A stretch of DNA of 64,000 nt, from assembly GCF_006345805.1 (NCBI RefSeq), contig NC_043000.1, positions 127,968,001-128,032,000 of the forward strand, given 5' to 3'. Source of the stretch: Octopus sinensis (Eukaryota). The notes beneath the pieces are model-generated. The model searched no databases. It worked only from the letters and a program-made list of their open reading frames with translations, and had not been told where the DNA came from. Below are positions 1-13,300 of this stretch, in pieces. The number at the start of each line of letters is the position of its first letter. Within the stretch, counting starts at the first letter, position 1. Made by a program: the position numbers and the translations under genes.

Positions 1-500
1 GTCAGAGACCTTTGGTTTCCAACAGAGGTAAAAGCTCTTTGAACTTCCTCCATTCTATTCTTATTCTAGCAATTACACTTTCTGTACAACCTCCTCCACT
101 GCTTATTAGCTACAGCTTCCAGAGAATCACCAGGAAATTTGAGGAAATCAGTTTCCCATGTATCTGTAGTCTTTATGGCTCCCATGCATCTTCCACATAC
201 AAACACTACTTTCTCTGTTAATCTTCCAACTGATCCACAACACTTCTTGTGTGTCCATAGCTTGCACTGGGTACAAATGGAATTTCTACCTATACTTTTC
301 CTACATATCAAGCAGAGCCATTTACCTGATGTGTGGAGGGTTCTGTCCAATTTCTTACTTTCTGGGACTTTAGTCTTTGCTAGTTTTACTTTAAGACTCA
401 TAAATTCCAGGTTCTGTTCCCACACCCGAAATTTCTTTTCTGTTACAAATTCTGCTATGAGAGCAAGATCCTCAGCATATAGGAATCCTCATGGATTCCA
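1..500 (-). mobile_element. Decayed RTE-clade LINE fragment (RT core plus Cys-rich region)
   Basis: Minus-strand translation FLYAEDLALIAEF...LKVKLAKTKV...CLICRKSIGRNSICTQCKLWTHKKC...GGGCTESVIARIRIEWRKFKELLPLL, with frameshifts. Confidence 0.85.
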
Positions 501-2163
501 GTCTTAAATACCTCTGTTATGGCCTGGAGGACAATGATGAATAGGAGGGGGTTGTGGACTGATCCTTGTAGCAACTGACTATGAGGCTATTGTACTAGTC
601 ACTAGCAGTTACACCTTCCTCTTTGTGTGTGTGCACATGTGCATATATTATTGTCAGTTTGTGTTTATATGTACTGCAATCTGAGTGTACATGTGTATAG
701 TTATATTTTTGTATGTATCTATTATGTGTACATATAGGTAGGAGGGGGTAAAAGTCAATGACATTTTGATGTTGACCATTGGTGAAGTCCTTTTGCCTGT
801 CTCTTTAACTGATGATAAACCTACTATATATTGGATGACTTTTAATACCATCTGTCTATAGAAACCTCTGATTATTTTGGTGTCTTAGTTTGAACCATAA
901 ATTAATTTAGATACTGTTGTATTTCGGGACAGTCATTTTTTTTTTTTTTTTGCCAAATAAATACACGCACTATATATTTTTTCTTCACTCATTTATTACT
1001 GTTCTTATTTTATTATTCTAACTCATGTCCATTGTCCGGAAATCTTTTGTCACACATCTGTGACCTCTTCAGCAACACTTTTTGTTTTTGTTTGTGTTCT
1101 TGCTCCACTTATTACATTAGATCTTCCTATTGTATATTTCTAAAATCTTCTGTCCTTGTTTAGTTAACTGCCTGTGTTAGACCCGCCTTCTAATTATTCA
1201 ATAAATTTAAAACTAGAACTTAAAAGTAACGCTAGCTTAACAAATGTTGGCTATGTCTATGCCAACTGTTTACAATCATACCAGTTTAAAATTTTGCCTG
1301 ATGATGGTGGACTATATATTATGATGTAATTTTTTACAACTACATCATCATCATCATTATTTAATGTCCACCTTCCATGCTAGCATGTACATTAAATAAA
1401 ATTCTTCCGAAACAGCTATCATAAATTTTAAATGCCACTCATGCTTACTATTTTATATATCTATGTGTGTGCCTTTGAGTTTGTCCTCCACCACTGCTTG
1501 ACAACTAGTGTTGGTTTGTTTACATCCCCAGTTGTTTGTCAAAAGGAGACCTACTGAATAAGCTCCAGACTTCAAAAAATAAGTTACTGGGTTCAATTTG
1601 TTCAATTAAGTTCTTCAAGGCAGTGCCCCAGCATGGCTGTAGTCGAATACCTGAAACAAGATAATCCATCAATATTACCATTAATTTTCTGCTTTTGGTC
1701 GACTCTGATATACAAGCATTCATTCAGTTTCCTGCAAGATGGTCAAAATTCAATATTCATAGCCAACTTCACTATATTCTCTTCAGTTTTTCTATAAATT
1801 AATCTTTCTTTAACAGCCTAACTGAGGGGACCATATTTTGTTGAGGAGGTCTAATAAGATATGTCCTCTGATTTTGGTAAGTAATTAAAAGGGATAAGAA
1901 TGAGAATGAATTGGGATAATTTTTTCTTTATTTCCTTCATACCTTCAGAAAATAGACCTCTTCTCATCTGATTGGTATAATAATTTTAAAATTATTACAC
2001 AACATATGATTTGTGAATGCAGGTTTGAAATAGGGTAGAAATCAGACATCAGACATATAACAGATCTTAATTTACAGCATCAATCAAGGTAAATTTTATG
2101 TAAATTTGATTGTGAGAATGCACATTTCTCGGAGCAAGATATATATATATATATATAAAAATG

Positions 2164-2270
2164 CAAAATGGGACAAGAACGCAAAACATTCAGAAGACGA
2201 TACAAATGGACGGGTCCGTCCATGTTTTTTGTATCGTCTTCTGAATGTTTTGTGTTCTTGTCCCATTTTG
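2164..2270. repeat. Near-perfect foldback palindrome (43-bp arms plus inner 7-bp hairpin)
   Basis: 2164-2206 is the reverse complement of 2228-2270 at 42/43 positions. TGGACGG-GT-CCGTCCA forms an inner hairpin. Confidence 0.95.
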
Positions 2271-3795
2271 TTTATATATATAGATGATGATGATGATGAT
2301 GAGAGAGAGAGAGAGAGAGCAGTATAATACAACTGAAACTCTGGAGAACGGAAACTTGTAGTGGATATAGCCAAGAGTATCAAAGAACAACACATGATTG
2401 ATTCCTTATCTTACTTATTTCTGCCAGTCACATTGCTCTCTTTGGGATGAAGTTACTTTTGTTAGCAGACACTCCAGCCAAGTTACTTTAGATTAATTAG
2501 TAGTTAGCATTTTCTTTTGGCCTCTAATACTTCTATGGATAAGAATCTAGCTATTCTTGAGCAATCTAACTCTTATACATGTACACACATGATAGTTAAC
2601 AGAGCAGAATTACTTCTTCCCTGTCTAAACCTTTGCTAGTTTGTGAGGGATACTCTCACACTGTCTGTTCTCAAAACAGTGGCCATTCAACTTTATTGGT
2701 ATTGCTACAAGATGTCATAGCAGTTGTTTTCAGAACTACATTCGTCCTCTGAAGTCTTATTCAGTCAGAAATTCCTTCTATTAAATATTACAAGCTACTG
2801 GCTGGCCTATGTTGAGACTTGTAAAAAATACACTTAGAATTTTCTGTTACATTTAGATCTAATAAATGACCATAGAGTTAATATTTGTATTACTACAATG
2901 GAACCAGTAATGGTGGAGTCAGATTTCACTAGGTAATCTTTCATACTTGTTATTACTAGTTACCCAAACATTCAAAAAATTCTACATACTGAAAAGAATG
3001 TTGCTTCTGTTTATATAGCTAAGGTGACAGACATTACTGGTCTCTGATTGGTCAAAACAACAGTCATAACAAAATCGCAATTTAAATATATCAGCAAACC
3101 AAGGAATACAGTTGTGTGCATTGCGCACTATATTCGATATGACAGTTTGCCCGGCGTTATAGAGCAGGGTGAATTACTCGTTTACATTACTGACGAACAC
3201 CCCAGATAGTATAATTGTAATTGTAAATGAAACTGCGAGCTTTAGGGGGCTCGTAAGCCATTTCATTTAATTCATTGTTAATATTTCATTTCATATCATC
3301 CTTTCTGTATTTTTGTTATATGTACCCCCATGTCCTGTATTGTATTGCCGTTATGTCCCATCTTCATTCAGGCCATTGTGCCTATAATAAAGATTCCAGC
3401 AAACCAAGGAATGCCACATTTTCACCAACTGGATGTAAAAACCAGAACCGCTTTAATTTACATTGTATTGTCCAGAAATTTGATCCGCTGATCATATTAG
3501 AGTTACTACCCTTGACTGTTGTTTTTAGATTTTCAAACATCCTTTGAAAGGCTGTATATGATCTAAACGTCTTTTGAAGAAATATTTATCTACTAATTGT
3601 TTGGATAATTTCAATTGATCGATAAATTTTCAATTCACTTTTTGACAAATACATCAGTACAAGAATACTCTTCTGAAAGGTATTTTCACGTCAGCAATAT
3701 CGCAATGAAGACGAATTCTGTTACCCAGCATTCAGTGGGGTGAAAATTCAAATTGAGGCTTTTGAGTGGTTGGCGCCTCGTGTCGAAGGATAAGT

Positions 3796-3838
3796 ATGGC
3801 GGCGACTTCATCGTCTCTCAAGGCAATTCTGTCTGAAT
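3796..3838 (+). CDS. ZW10: ZW10 exon 1 (MAATSSSLKAILSE)
   Basis: ATG at 3796 and GTGAGT donor at 3839. Phase 1 joins in frame to exon 2. Lies in a CpG-retaining region. Short, so less certain than the other exons. Confidence 0.75.
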
Positions 3839-4354
3839 GTGAGTATAATTCACGCCTGTTTGATTGTCAGAAGAATTCTTAATTTCTATTTAAGAACCAA
3901 GTCCATTTTGATTTCAAAATATATCAACAAATACTTCTGTTTGCGATATCTTTCCTAATTATGTCATTCTCTCCCACCCTCATCGCCACTATTGTTATTA
4001 ACGACCTAAGGAGGGAACCTTGTACGCGATGCTGATCGTGATAAAAATAGTTGTCACATTTCCCTCAAAATCACATTGTATTGTTTTAATCAAAGGACAG
4101 CGCTTTAGATTGTGTACTTCTACGTTCTCCCTGAAAAGACGAGATGGTCACGACTGAAATGCCTTTGATCGTTACGTTTGGCGTGTGAGGGTTGACGTCT
4201 GCTGGTGTATAATATTGTTATGACTACAGGTGTTTCCTTCTCACTAGAATGTCAATTAATAAAAGTTGACAATACAAAAGATGAACGTATATATGTTCTT
4301 GTATCTTTCCCTACTATCGACAGCGTAATCTTGAAGCAAACTAAAAGCTATGTT

Positions 4355-4385
<31 letters not shown>

Positions 4386-7300
4386 CACACACACATACTC
4401 TAACGTACATTGGCATTTACGCGCGGAGTATCTTTGTCATTACTACGTTACAGGAATACAATAACAATTGTTGGTTTTCGTCTAACATTTGGTGCTTGAA
4501 GAAATTACATTAACATTTGACCTAACTTTAAATGCCAAAAGATTTAAGGATGATCTATATATAATATAAATCTGAATTAGAGCAACAGATATTTTTATTT
4601 TCAAACTGGTTTTCTAATTGTTTTTAGAAATTAGTTTACCGAAGAACCAATTAAGGGTTATATTATAGCTTTCGTTCATAAAAGTTCGTCTATTACTTCC
4701 GATAGAAAGCGTTTTTCTGTGGCTGGTGTAGTTGGTAAGACGAATACAGGAAAAAAAAACTTTTGTTGATTAAATAAATATAAATATCTCTACTGTACTT
4801 CCTGCATAGGAGTAGCGAACAAAGTATTATAGCGTGGGACATTTCACTTTTATTCTACCTTTGTTTTTAGGGGTTTTTTTTGTCTTTTAATCCTGTTATT
4901 GCTGTTTCTCAATATTACGCACATATGATTTCTGTCATAACTACAATTTGGGGTCTCCCATTAACTCTTAAGAGCATCATATAAATACATGTTATATTCC
5001 AATAAAATATATCAGGTGAGAATGATTTAAAATTCTTACAAATATTTCTTCTTTATGTTATCAACATAATCGTAATCTAAGTCGTTTAAAATGTGCCTCT
5101 GCAAAATTGCATTTGAAAACATCTTTCACAAAGTTATGGGGAAACAAAGTCGGTGGGTAGGCACCAATTCTGACTAATTTATTTGTTTTATAGCACATTT
5201 GTAGGCATAATGTGACTTTTTGCTCTTTTCACAAATATATAACCAGCAATGCCTTAAATTGATTTAGCTCGCACATTGTATTATTATATAAACACACATA
5301 TATCCTTATGAAATTAAGTCTCACTGTTAAATATCAGTTGTTTACGTCGAAATATGACGACATTGCGATTGAGGTGTGTTATCCAATGAATTTAGTAACT
5401 GAGACAACACGCGAGTCTAATTGATCGCCGTGTTTGCTAGTAATTCAATCAAATTCACTTCAAATGTTACCCTACAAGTTAACAAAAATGAAAAAAAGAA
5501 CACGTATACATTATCTAAAAATATTCCTAGATACACTATGCCTAAAAATAATGGAAAGATTCAAGTAAAATGCCTTTGGTCACTGGCCTGCTCTGTCTGG
5601 GAGCTTAACTATTGAAATATCCGAGGGCTGCTCCTGGTTAAGTTGATACTAATTTCAAAATACAATCCAAAGAGTCAATAGTTTCTATTTCTGCCTGTGA
5701 CGTGTTCATTGTCAGGTCAGTCTTTAAACTTATTTCACTCTAACGGTCATTACATTGATCGCTACTGAATCCTCAGATTATGTATGACTATTCAGCACAC
5801 TGGGAAACAACCTTTGTGTTTGAGCGCACAGGCATGGCTGTGTAGTAAGAAGCTTGCTTCCTTACCATATGGTTCCAGGTTCAGTTCCACTGAGTGGCAT
5901 CCTGTGCCAACCAAAGCTTTGTGAATGGACTTGGTAGACAGAAACTGAAAGAAGTCCATCGTGTGTGTAAATATATATATATATATCATCATCATCATTT
6001 AAGTCCGCTTTGCATGCTGGCATGGGTTGGACGGTTTGACTGAGGACTGGCAAACCAGGCTCCAATCTGATGTTGCAAGGTTTCAACAGTTGGATGCCTT
6101 TCCTAATGTCAACCACTCCGAGAGTGTAGTGGGTGCTTTTATGTACCACCAGCGCGGGAACCAGTGAGGTGGCACTGGCATCGTCAACGCTTGACTGGTG
6201 CTTTTTACATTCCTGTGTGTGTGTTTATTTATCCACCACCACTGCTTGACAACAAATATTGGTTTGTGTATGCTTCCTTAACTTTGTGTTTTAGCAAAAG
6301 AGACCAATCATGCTTTAAAAAAATGTACTGGGGTCAATTTATTTGACTAAAATCCTTCAAGGCAGTGCTCCAGCGTGGCCACAGTCCAATGACTGGAAGA
6401 AGTAATATATATATATATATATATATATAATCATTAATAATAGTAATATGCAATATTCTCATAACAGCGAATTTACCTATCAGTTTCATATAGTTATAAA
6501 AAAACCAGCAATCTTCAGAAAAATGTGGATTTTAGATAACTGTGTGTGTACACACACACTTGCATGCATTCATACAACAATTAGACATTGATTTCTGTTT
6601 AATAAATCGTTAAGTAATGTATATAACAACTCAACAAATCAGTGAACATAAGCTTGTATACATGGCAGACACACACACACTGTTCTTCTGCACAATTTCT
6701 ATTACCCAGTCTCTACTCATGGAGTGTAGGATTTTGAGACAGCTGTTATAAAATCTCTATAATTTTCATATTCTTGTAGCATCTTCAGAAAATTATGACA
6801 TCACAACCAAGTTGAATGAGCTGAGCAGAAGAATCAACAAGATGAAAGTAAATATTCATGATATCATCCAAAACAAATATGTTGACTTTCTCCCCCAATT
6901 GATTATTGCCCAAAAACTCTCCAAAAGAGTAGAAAACTTGAAGGGGGAGATGAAAACTGTAAAGACGGAAATAAATACTGAGGTTAGTGTTTGTTTGTTT
7001 TTTTATCTTCTATGCATGATGAAAAATATATTTGTTCACTCTAACATCTCCTTTTCCATCCTGACATGACTTGAACTAATTTGGGGCAGTATTTTATGGC
7101 CTGATAGTCTTCCTGTGTGCTAACCCTCTTTTACTTGTTTCAGTCATTTGACTGTGGCCGTGCTGGAGCACTGCCTTTAGTCAAGCAAATCGACCCCAGG
7201 ACTTATTCTTTGTAAGCCTAGTACTTATTCTATTAGTCTCTTTTGCCGAACCGCTAGGTTATGGGGACATAAACACACCAGCATCAGTTGTCAAACGATG

Positions 7301-10300
7301 TTGGGGGGACAAACATATACACACATACATATATATATATATATTTACACGATGGGCTTCTTTCAGTTTCTGTCTACCAAATCCACTCGCAAGGCTTTGG
7401 TCGGCCTGAGGCTATAGTAGAAGACACTTGCCCAAGGTGCCACGCAATGGAACTGAACCTGGAACCATGTTGTTCGTAAGCAAGCTACTTACCACACAGC
7501 CACTCCTACGCCATACATTTTCTTCAAGTATATATATGTTCCACTTGTCCTCACAAAATTCAGAACTACAGGACATTGTTTATAGGTGATATGAATTTGA
7601 CATTACTATTTTCTCTCGTCATATAAAGGGGTAGAATGTAAACATATGCACACATAAATGTGTGTGTGTGTTAAGAATTTTCTCTAACCATTTGATTTTT
7701 GGTTCAGTCCTATTATGTAGCACTTTAGGCAACTGTCATAACCTTGGTCCATCCAAAGCCTTTTGATGTATCTAGCAGATAGAAACTGATAAAATCCTGT
7801 TGTGCATATTTATATATGTGTATAACCATCTGTGCCTCCTTGTCTTGGCATTGCACAATAGCTGCAATACAAGCAGTGTCCTTTTTTCCAGTTTTCTGTG
7901 ATGACATGTCCAATCATAGGAAAATAGAAATGTATCTTTGCATGGAAACAATTGAAGTTTGAACAGAGATTTACCTGAACAGATTCCATTTGATCCTTGT
8001 AAGCATGAAAAGGTGGATGTTAAAACAGTTATCCACACATATATACAATGGTTATGTGGTTGCAAAGTTTTCTTCACACCCATGTGATTTCAGGTATGGT
8101 GTATAGCTTCAGGCCAACTGTTTTGTGAGTGGAATTGCTAGGAGGAAAGTATGTGTTTATGAATGTCATTCCACATGTCCCCCACAGACACTGACTGAAA
8201 GTAGTGCCTTTGTAAGCAAAAATCCCACTCTTGATATATGAGGATCAGTGAAATGGAAATAAAATACATAATTTGGAAAACTGATTAAAGTTGGTGACAG
8301 AAAGAACATCCAGCTGTAGAAATTTTGCCTCCACAAGCAAGTTTTGTTTCACCTGTGCTTACATAGAAATTCTGCTTTAAGCCAAATCTCTCTTAAATTA
8401 TACGTTACTGTCTTCATCTTCATGAAAATCACACTAGATAATATAGTTCCTGATATGCAAAAAGACAGGATGGTCATAGCTGGAATGCCTGTAATCATAG
8501 GTTTTACTCAATCACGGCTAACCTAGAGCTAAACAATAGCTGAAAGAAAGACTGTGAAGTCACTGGTATATCTTGTATTTGTAATTGAAATAAGACTACT
8601 AAAAAAAAATTATGTAGTGGTTAGCATTTATTGAAAATATGTTTGTTTTCATTATCATTTTATAGTTTAAGTGTTATAAGTGTTAATTGTTTAATTTCAA
8701 AATTGTTCTAGCTGTGTTATGGGTATGTGGCAAAATAGATTATTAATTAAAATAAGCATTTAATACTATAATTTGAATAATAAGATTTGTGTGTTGTCAT
8801 ATACAAAAACATAATTGCAATTTCTACTTTGTCTTTCAGATTAGTTCCCAGTTGAATAAATCAAATAATCAGTTCCAAAAATTGTCCAGCCAACGAGAGG
8901 AAGCAACGTTAACACTGTCTTTTCTTGAAAAACTGCTCGTTTTGAATCAGCACCTTGAGTCAGCTGATGAAGCCTTTCGTCACACTAAATTTGTAGAAGT
9001 AACTGGAAATTTGCTGACCCTCCAAAAAATTCTTTCCAAGCCAGTCCATGTGCGCGAGGAGGAAATAAAAATTTTAAATGCCATCCAAACTGAAATAAAG
9101 ATTCAGAACGAGAGACTTATTCCAGAACTCAATGAAACCTGGAAGCGACATATTGTATGGGATGTTCATGACATCAATTCAGCTGAAGGAAAAATCAATA
9201 AATTAAAAATAATAATTCCTCCAAAAAATGATAAGATACTTCAGGAAACGGTACAAGCTATGTGGAAGATTGATATTCTAGATCCATGGCTTGTCAAATT
9301 TGGCAACAACCTTCTTAATTATTTCATTAAGCCAATTATCACAAATCCAACCAGACTACTTGAGCAATCAGAAGGCACTTGTTTGGCTCTTGCCATTGAT
9401 CCTCCTAATGAAGAAAGTCAGACCAGTCCTGAGGATGTTCTCTCTCAAATTGCTATAATTATGAAGAAACTCAATGAAAATCTCTTTTCTGTTCCTCTTA
9501 CCTCTTCCAATGATGGTACACAGCCAGCAATTTCTCTGATGGAACGTTTTGGTTGCCTTAATTCTCAAGAAATATGTCGAGTAATTGTCCAAGACTGTCT
9601 CTTACATGCAATTCCTTGTAATAACAAAGATTTAGAAAAGTTCAATGATGTTATTGCAGTGGTGAATTCATTTCAAAATCAAATGTCTGACATGTCATTT
9701 ATTGATGAGAAAATTACCTCCTTGAAAGATTTTATGGAGAATGTTAATGTTCTCTTTGCAAATAAAAAATGTCAGGAGATTCTTGAAGCAGCACACAAAT
9801 TAATGACTTCTGAGATTCATCAAACTTTAGTAATATCTAATGACAAACCTCTTGGAGAATTGCCTTCACTGGATTCTGAAGCTCCAGCTACTAAGAAAGC
9901 CAAGAAAATAGAAATATTGGCTAATGAGACTCATCTTAGTGATAATACCTTTAGATTACCTACATGTCATATAAGGTTAGTAATGGTGTAAATCACTTTC
10001 AAAATTCATTTTCTTTTCATTAACATTTAAGTGTTTCTTCTTGACTCCATTTAACTTCAAATCTTTTATGGCCAGCTGCTCTTGTGTCATCATCATCATC
10101 ATTTAACATCCGTTTTCCATATTAGCATGGGTTGGACTGTTTGACTAGGGTCTTAAAAGCCAGGAGGCTGCACCAGGCTTCAGTCTGATCTGGCAGTGTT
10201 TCTACAGCTGGATGCCCTTCCTAATGCCAACCACTCCGTGAGTGTAGTGGGTGCTTTTACATGCCACTGGCACAGGTGCCAGGGGAGGCTGGCAACTGCC

Positions 10301-13300
10301 ACGATTGGTTGGTGCTTTTTATGTGCCACCGGCATGGAAGCCAGTCAAGGCAGTGCTGGCATTGGCCATGTTGGGATGGTGCTTTTTACGTGCCACCGGC
10401 ACGGGTATCACAACTACAATTTCCATGTTCTAATTTTAGCTCAAAACATTTATCAGCCATTTGCTTTGCTATCCTCGACTGCAAAATTGCTTATTGACCA
10501 CCACCTTTGATCCATACATATATATCAACCAATGCTTTGTGAAGTTGGTAGGTAGAAACTGTGCAATGCTTGTTGTGTGTGTACATGGGGCAGCTTTACA
10601 GCTGGATGCTCTTTATGTCATCAACTCCTCTTGTTTCTGAGTGAAGTAGTAAACTCCCAGTCTATCAAATCACAAACAGCCTGGACATGTTTTAAGCTGA
10701 GATTTGGAAACAAATGGCATTGATTGAATGCAGTATTTATTTATGAAGATTGCATGACATGTCTAGAACCCCAGACATGCTTTGGTGGTGGACTACAAGC
10801 AAATGATATGGTCAAGAAGCTACTGTTTACAAACCAGTGAATGTAAGGAAGGGCACCAAGCTGTAGAAACCATGCCAAAATAGACACTGAAGATCAATGT
10901 AGTCCCCTGGCTTATTGGATCCTTTCAAACCATCCAATTCATGCTAGCCTGGGAAAAGGGGCAGTAAATGATGGGGATGATTGCGCATACACACAGAATG
11001 GGTTCTTTCAGTTTCCATTTACTAAATCCACTCACATAGCTTTTGTTGGCGCAGGGCTGTAGTAGATGACAGTTGCCCAAGGTGCCATACAGTGGAACTG
11101 AACCCAAAACAACATGATTAGAAAGTGAATTTCTCGATCACATGGCCATATCTGCAACATCACCCTTTCTTATTGTAATATCTTTGTACTGTTGACATTG
11201 CTCTTCTGTTTGCTCTCTTTACCAACAACCAATATGAAGCTGTCACTCTCTCTCTCTCTTCCATTACTCCCTCCTGTATCATCCTCTTCTATTAGTGTTT
11301 CTTTCATTACATATCTTCTCTTCTTTCACCATCTTAGTTATGATTACCTTGAAAGATCACTGTAAAGAGAAATAATTAGTCCTGGAGGCTGGCAAGGCAG
11401 CCTCTCTAGTGCTGGTGCCATGATGAAATGCACCCAGTACAATCTGTAAAGCAGTTACCATAAGAGGGTAATAACAAAAGTGAAACTGAGGTGAAATGTT
11501 AAGAAAAACAATAGTATGATGAAAAGAATAGAATTATTGAGTGAGAGAGTTGGTAGTGGTTAGTCCACTTTTCTCCGTAAGAAGCATAGGGCTGGTTTTC
11601 TAGTTTCTCTTGCATATATGTCCCTGCATGGATGGGACTCTGGTTTATTTTAGGATTTCTCAATTTTACCAACTGAGTGGATTGGAGCAATGTGAAATGA
11701 AGTGTTTTGCTCAAGAACACCATGCATCACCTGGTCCTGGAATTGAAACCACAATCTTATGATCGTGAATCCAACATTCTAACCAGTGGTAAGGAAGGGG
11801 CTAATAAAAGAGTGAGAGGGTGATAGAGGAAGGAAGAGAGAGTGCTAGTGTGGGGGGTCAAAAATGGGAGAGACAATAGTGCTAGGAGTTAATGAGTGGC
11901 AGTGATGACAATTACATGTTTAGCTGTAAAGGAGAGAGCAATCAGATATATGTAGGGATGTTTGATGAATGATATATGTCAATCATAGGACAAGAGGGTA
12001 TGATGGCTAGCAGAAGAGTTGCAGTCAAGGTGGGGGTTATCTCTCATTTCACAGGCATTGTGGTGTGAGAGGGAGAGTGGTAAGGATGGTGAAAGGGATT
12101 GATTAGGAAAGATTCAGCGCCATCTCATATGGGTAGTACGGTGAAGTGAATGATAGAGGTGGGTGCCAATGAACAATGGCCTCCAGTACTACTAAACACA
12201 CACACATATATAACCATACTACATATATATATATAACCACTGCAGAGTGGTTGGTGTTAGGAAGGGCAACTAACCATTAAAATCCTGCCAAAACAGTAGC
12301 ATAGGGTAGTTTTTCTACCTGGCCAGCTCCTGTGAACCATCCTACCTATGCATGGAAGATGGACATTAAACAATGATGATATATATATATATAACACCAT
12401 ACTACATATATATAGTGTTTATTGTATTTCTGTGAACCTCTATATTTTGTGCATTATTACCACCACGCTCCATCCAAGATATTTAATCATCAAAACATTC
12501 AAGTACCAGTTTTTTTTTTTGTTTGTTTTCTTGATTGACTAATCCTTTTGATACAAACCCAGCTGAAACCGCCTCTGGCTCTGTAGTACAAATGTCTTAT
12601 TTTCATGAGTTTTGAATTAAAATCTTCCACCAAATCTTAGTCACAATTTATGTTCCTAATACTAGTTTAATAATTCAGTTATTTTACTAAATTCTTTGTT
12701 ATATTTAAAATTAATTGAAAAAAACACAGAGCATCTCAACAGAAATACAATAACAAAAGGGCTAAAGTGACCTTTCTGGTAACTCAGATGCTAATGTTGC
12801 AATTAAAATAATTTCTTTGAAGAATAAAGAATTTGTTCCTATTTTCGTATCAGTCTGAAATATATTAGAAAACTGGTCACATGTATAGTAGAGTTTTTGT
12901 TTTTCATTCAATAACCTTAATATTGGGGTAAATATTTTTTTAGATTATATATCTGTATTGGAGGAGGTAGCTGCATGCCTATGTGCTTTTTGTTAAATTT
13001 AAGTTAATTGTTTGTGAAACTGATAAACTGTATCTGAGTCCAGAGACTGAATAAAGAGCTTGCTTCCCAACCATATAGTCTTGGGTTCAGTCCCACTGCA
13101 TGACACCTTGGACTAGTGTCTTTTATTTTAGCCATGAGTTAACCAGCCTTATGAGTGGATCTGGTAGACAGAAACTGAAAAAAGCCTGTCTATCTGTGTG
13201 TATTTTTGCATGTGCCCTTGTCTAGATGTCATGAGATTGTTATGAACGAGCATCATTGTCGTGTCTATCAATGGGAAAATATTGCCTCATGTGGAGATAG

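Noticed and set aside
2414-2817. Minus-strand exon of a gene divergent from ZW10 (plausible acceptor at about 2818, GTAAGA donor at about 2413)
   Set aside because: Stops in all frames tested and no recognisable protein. It cannot be supported without transcript data.
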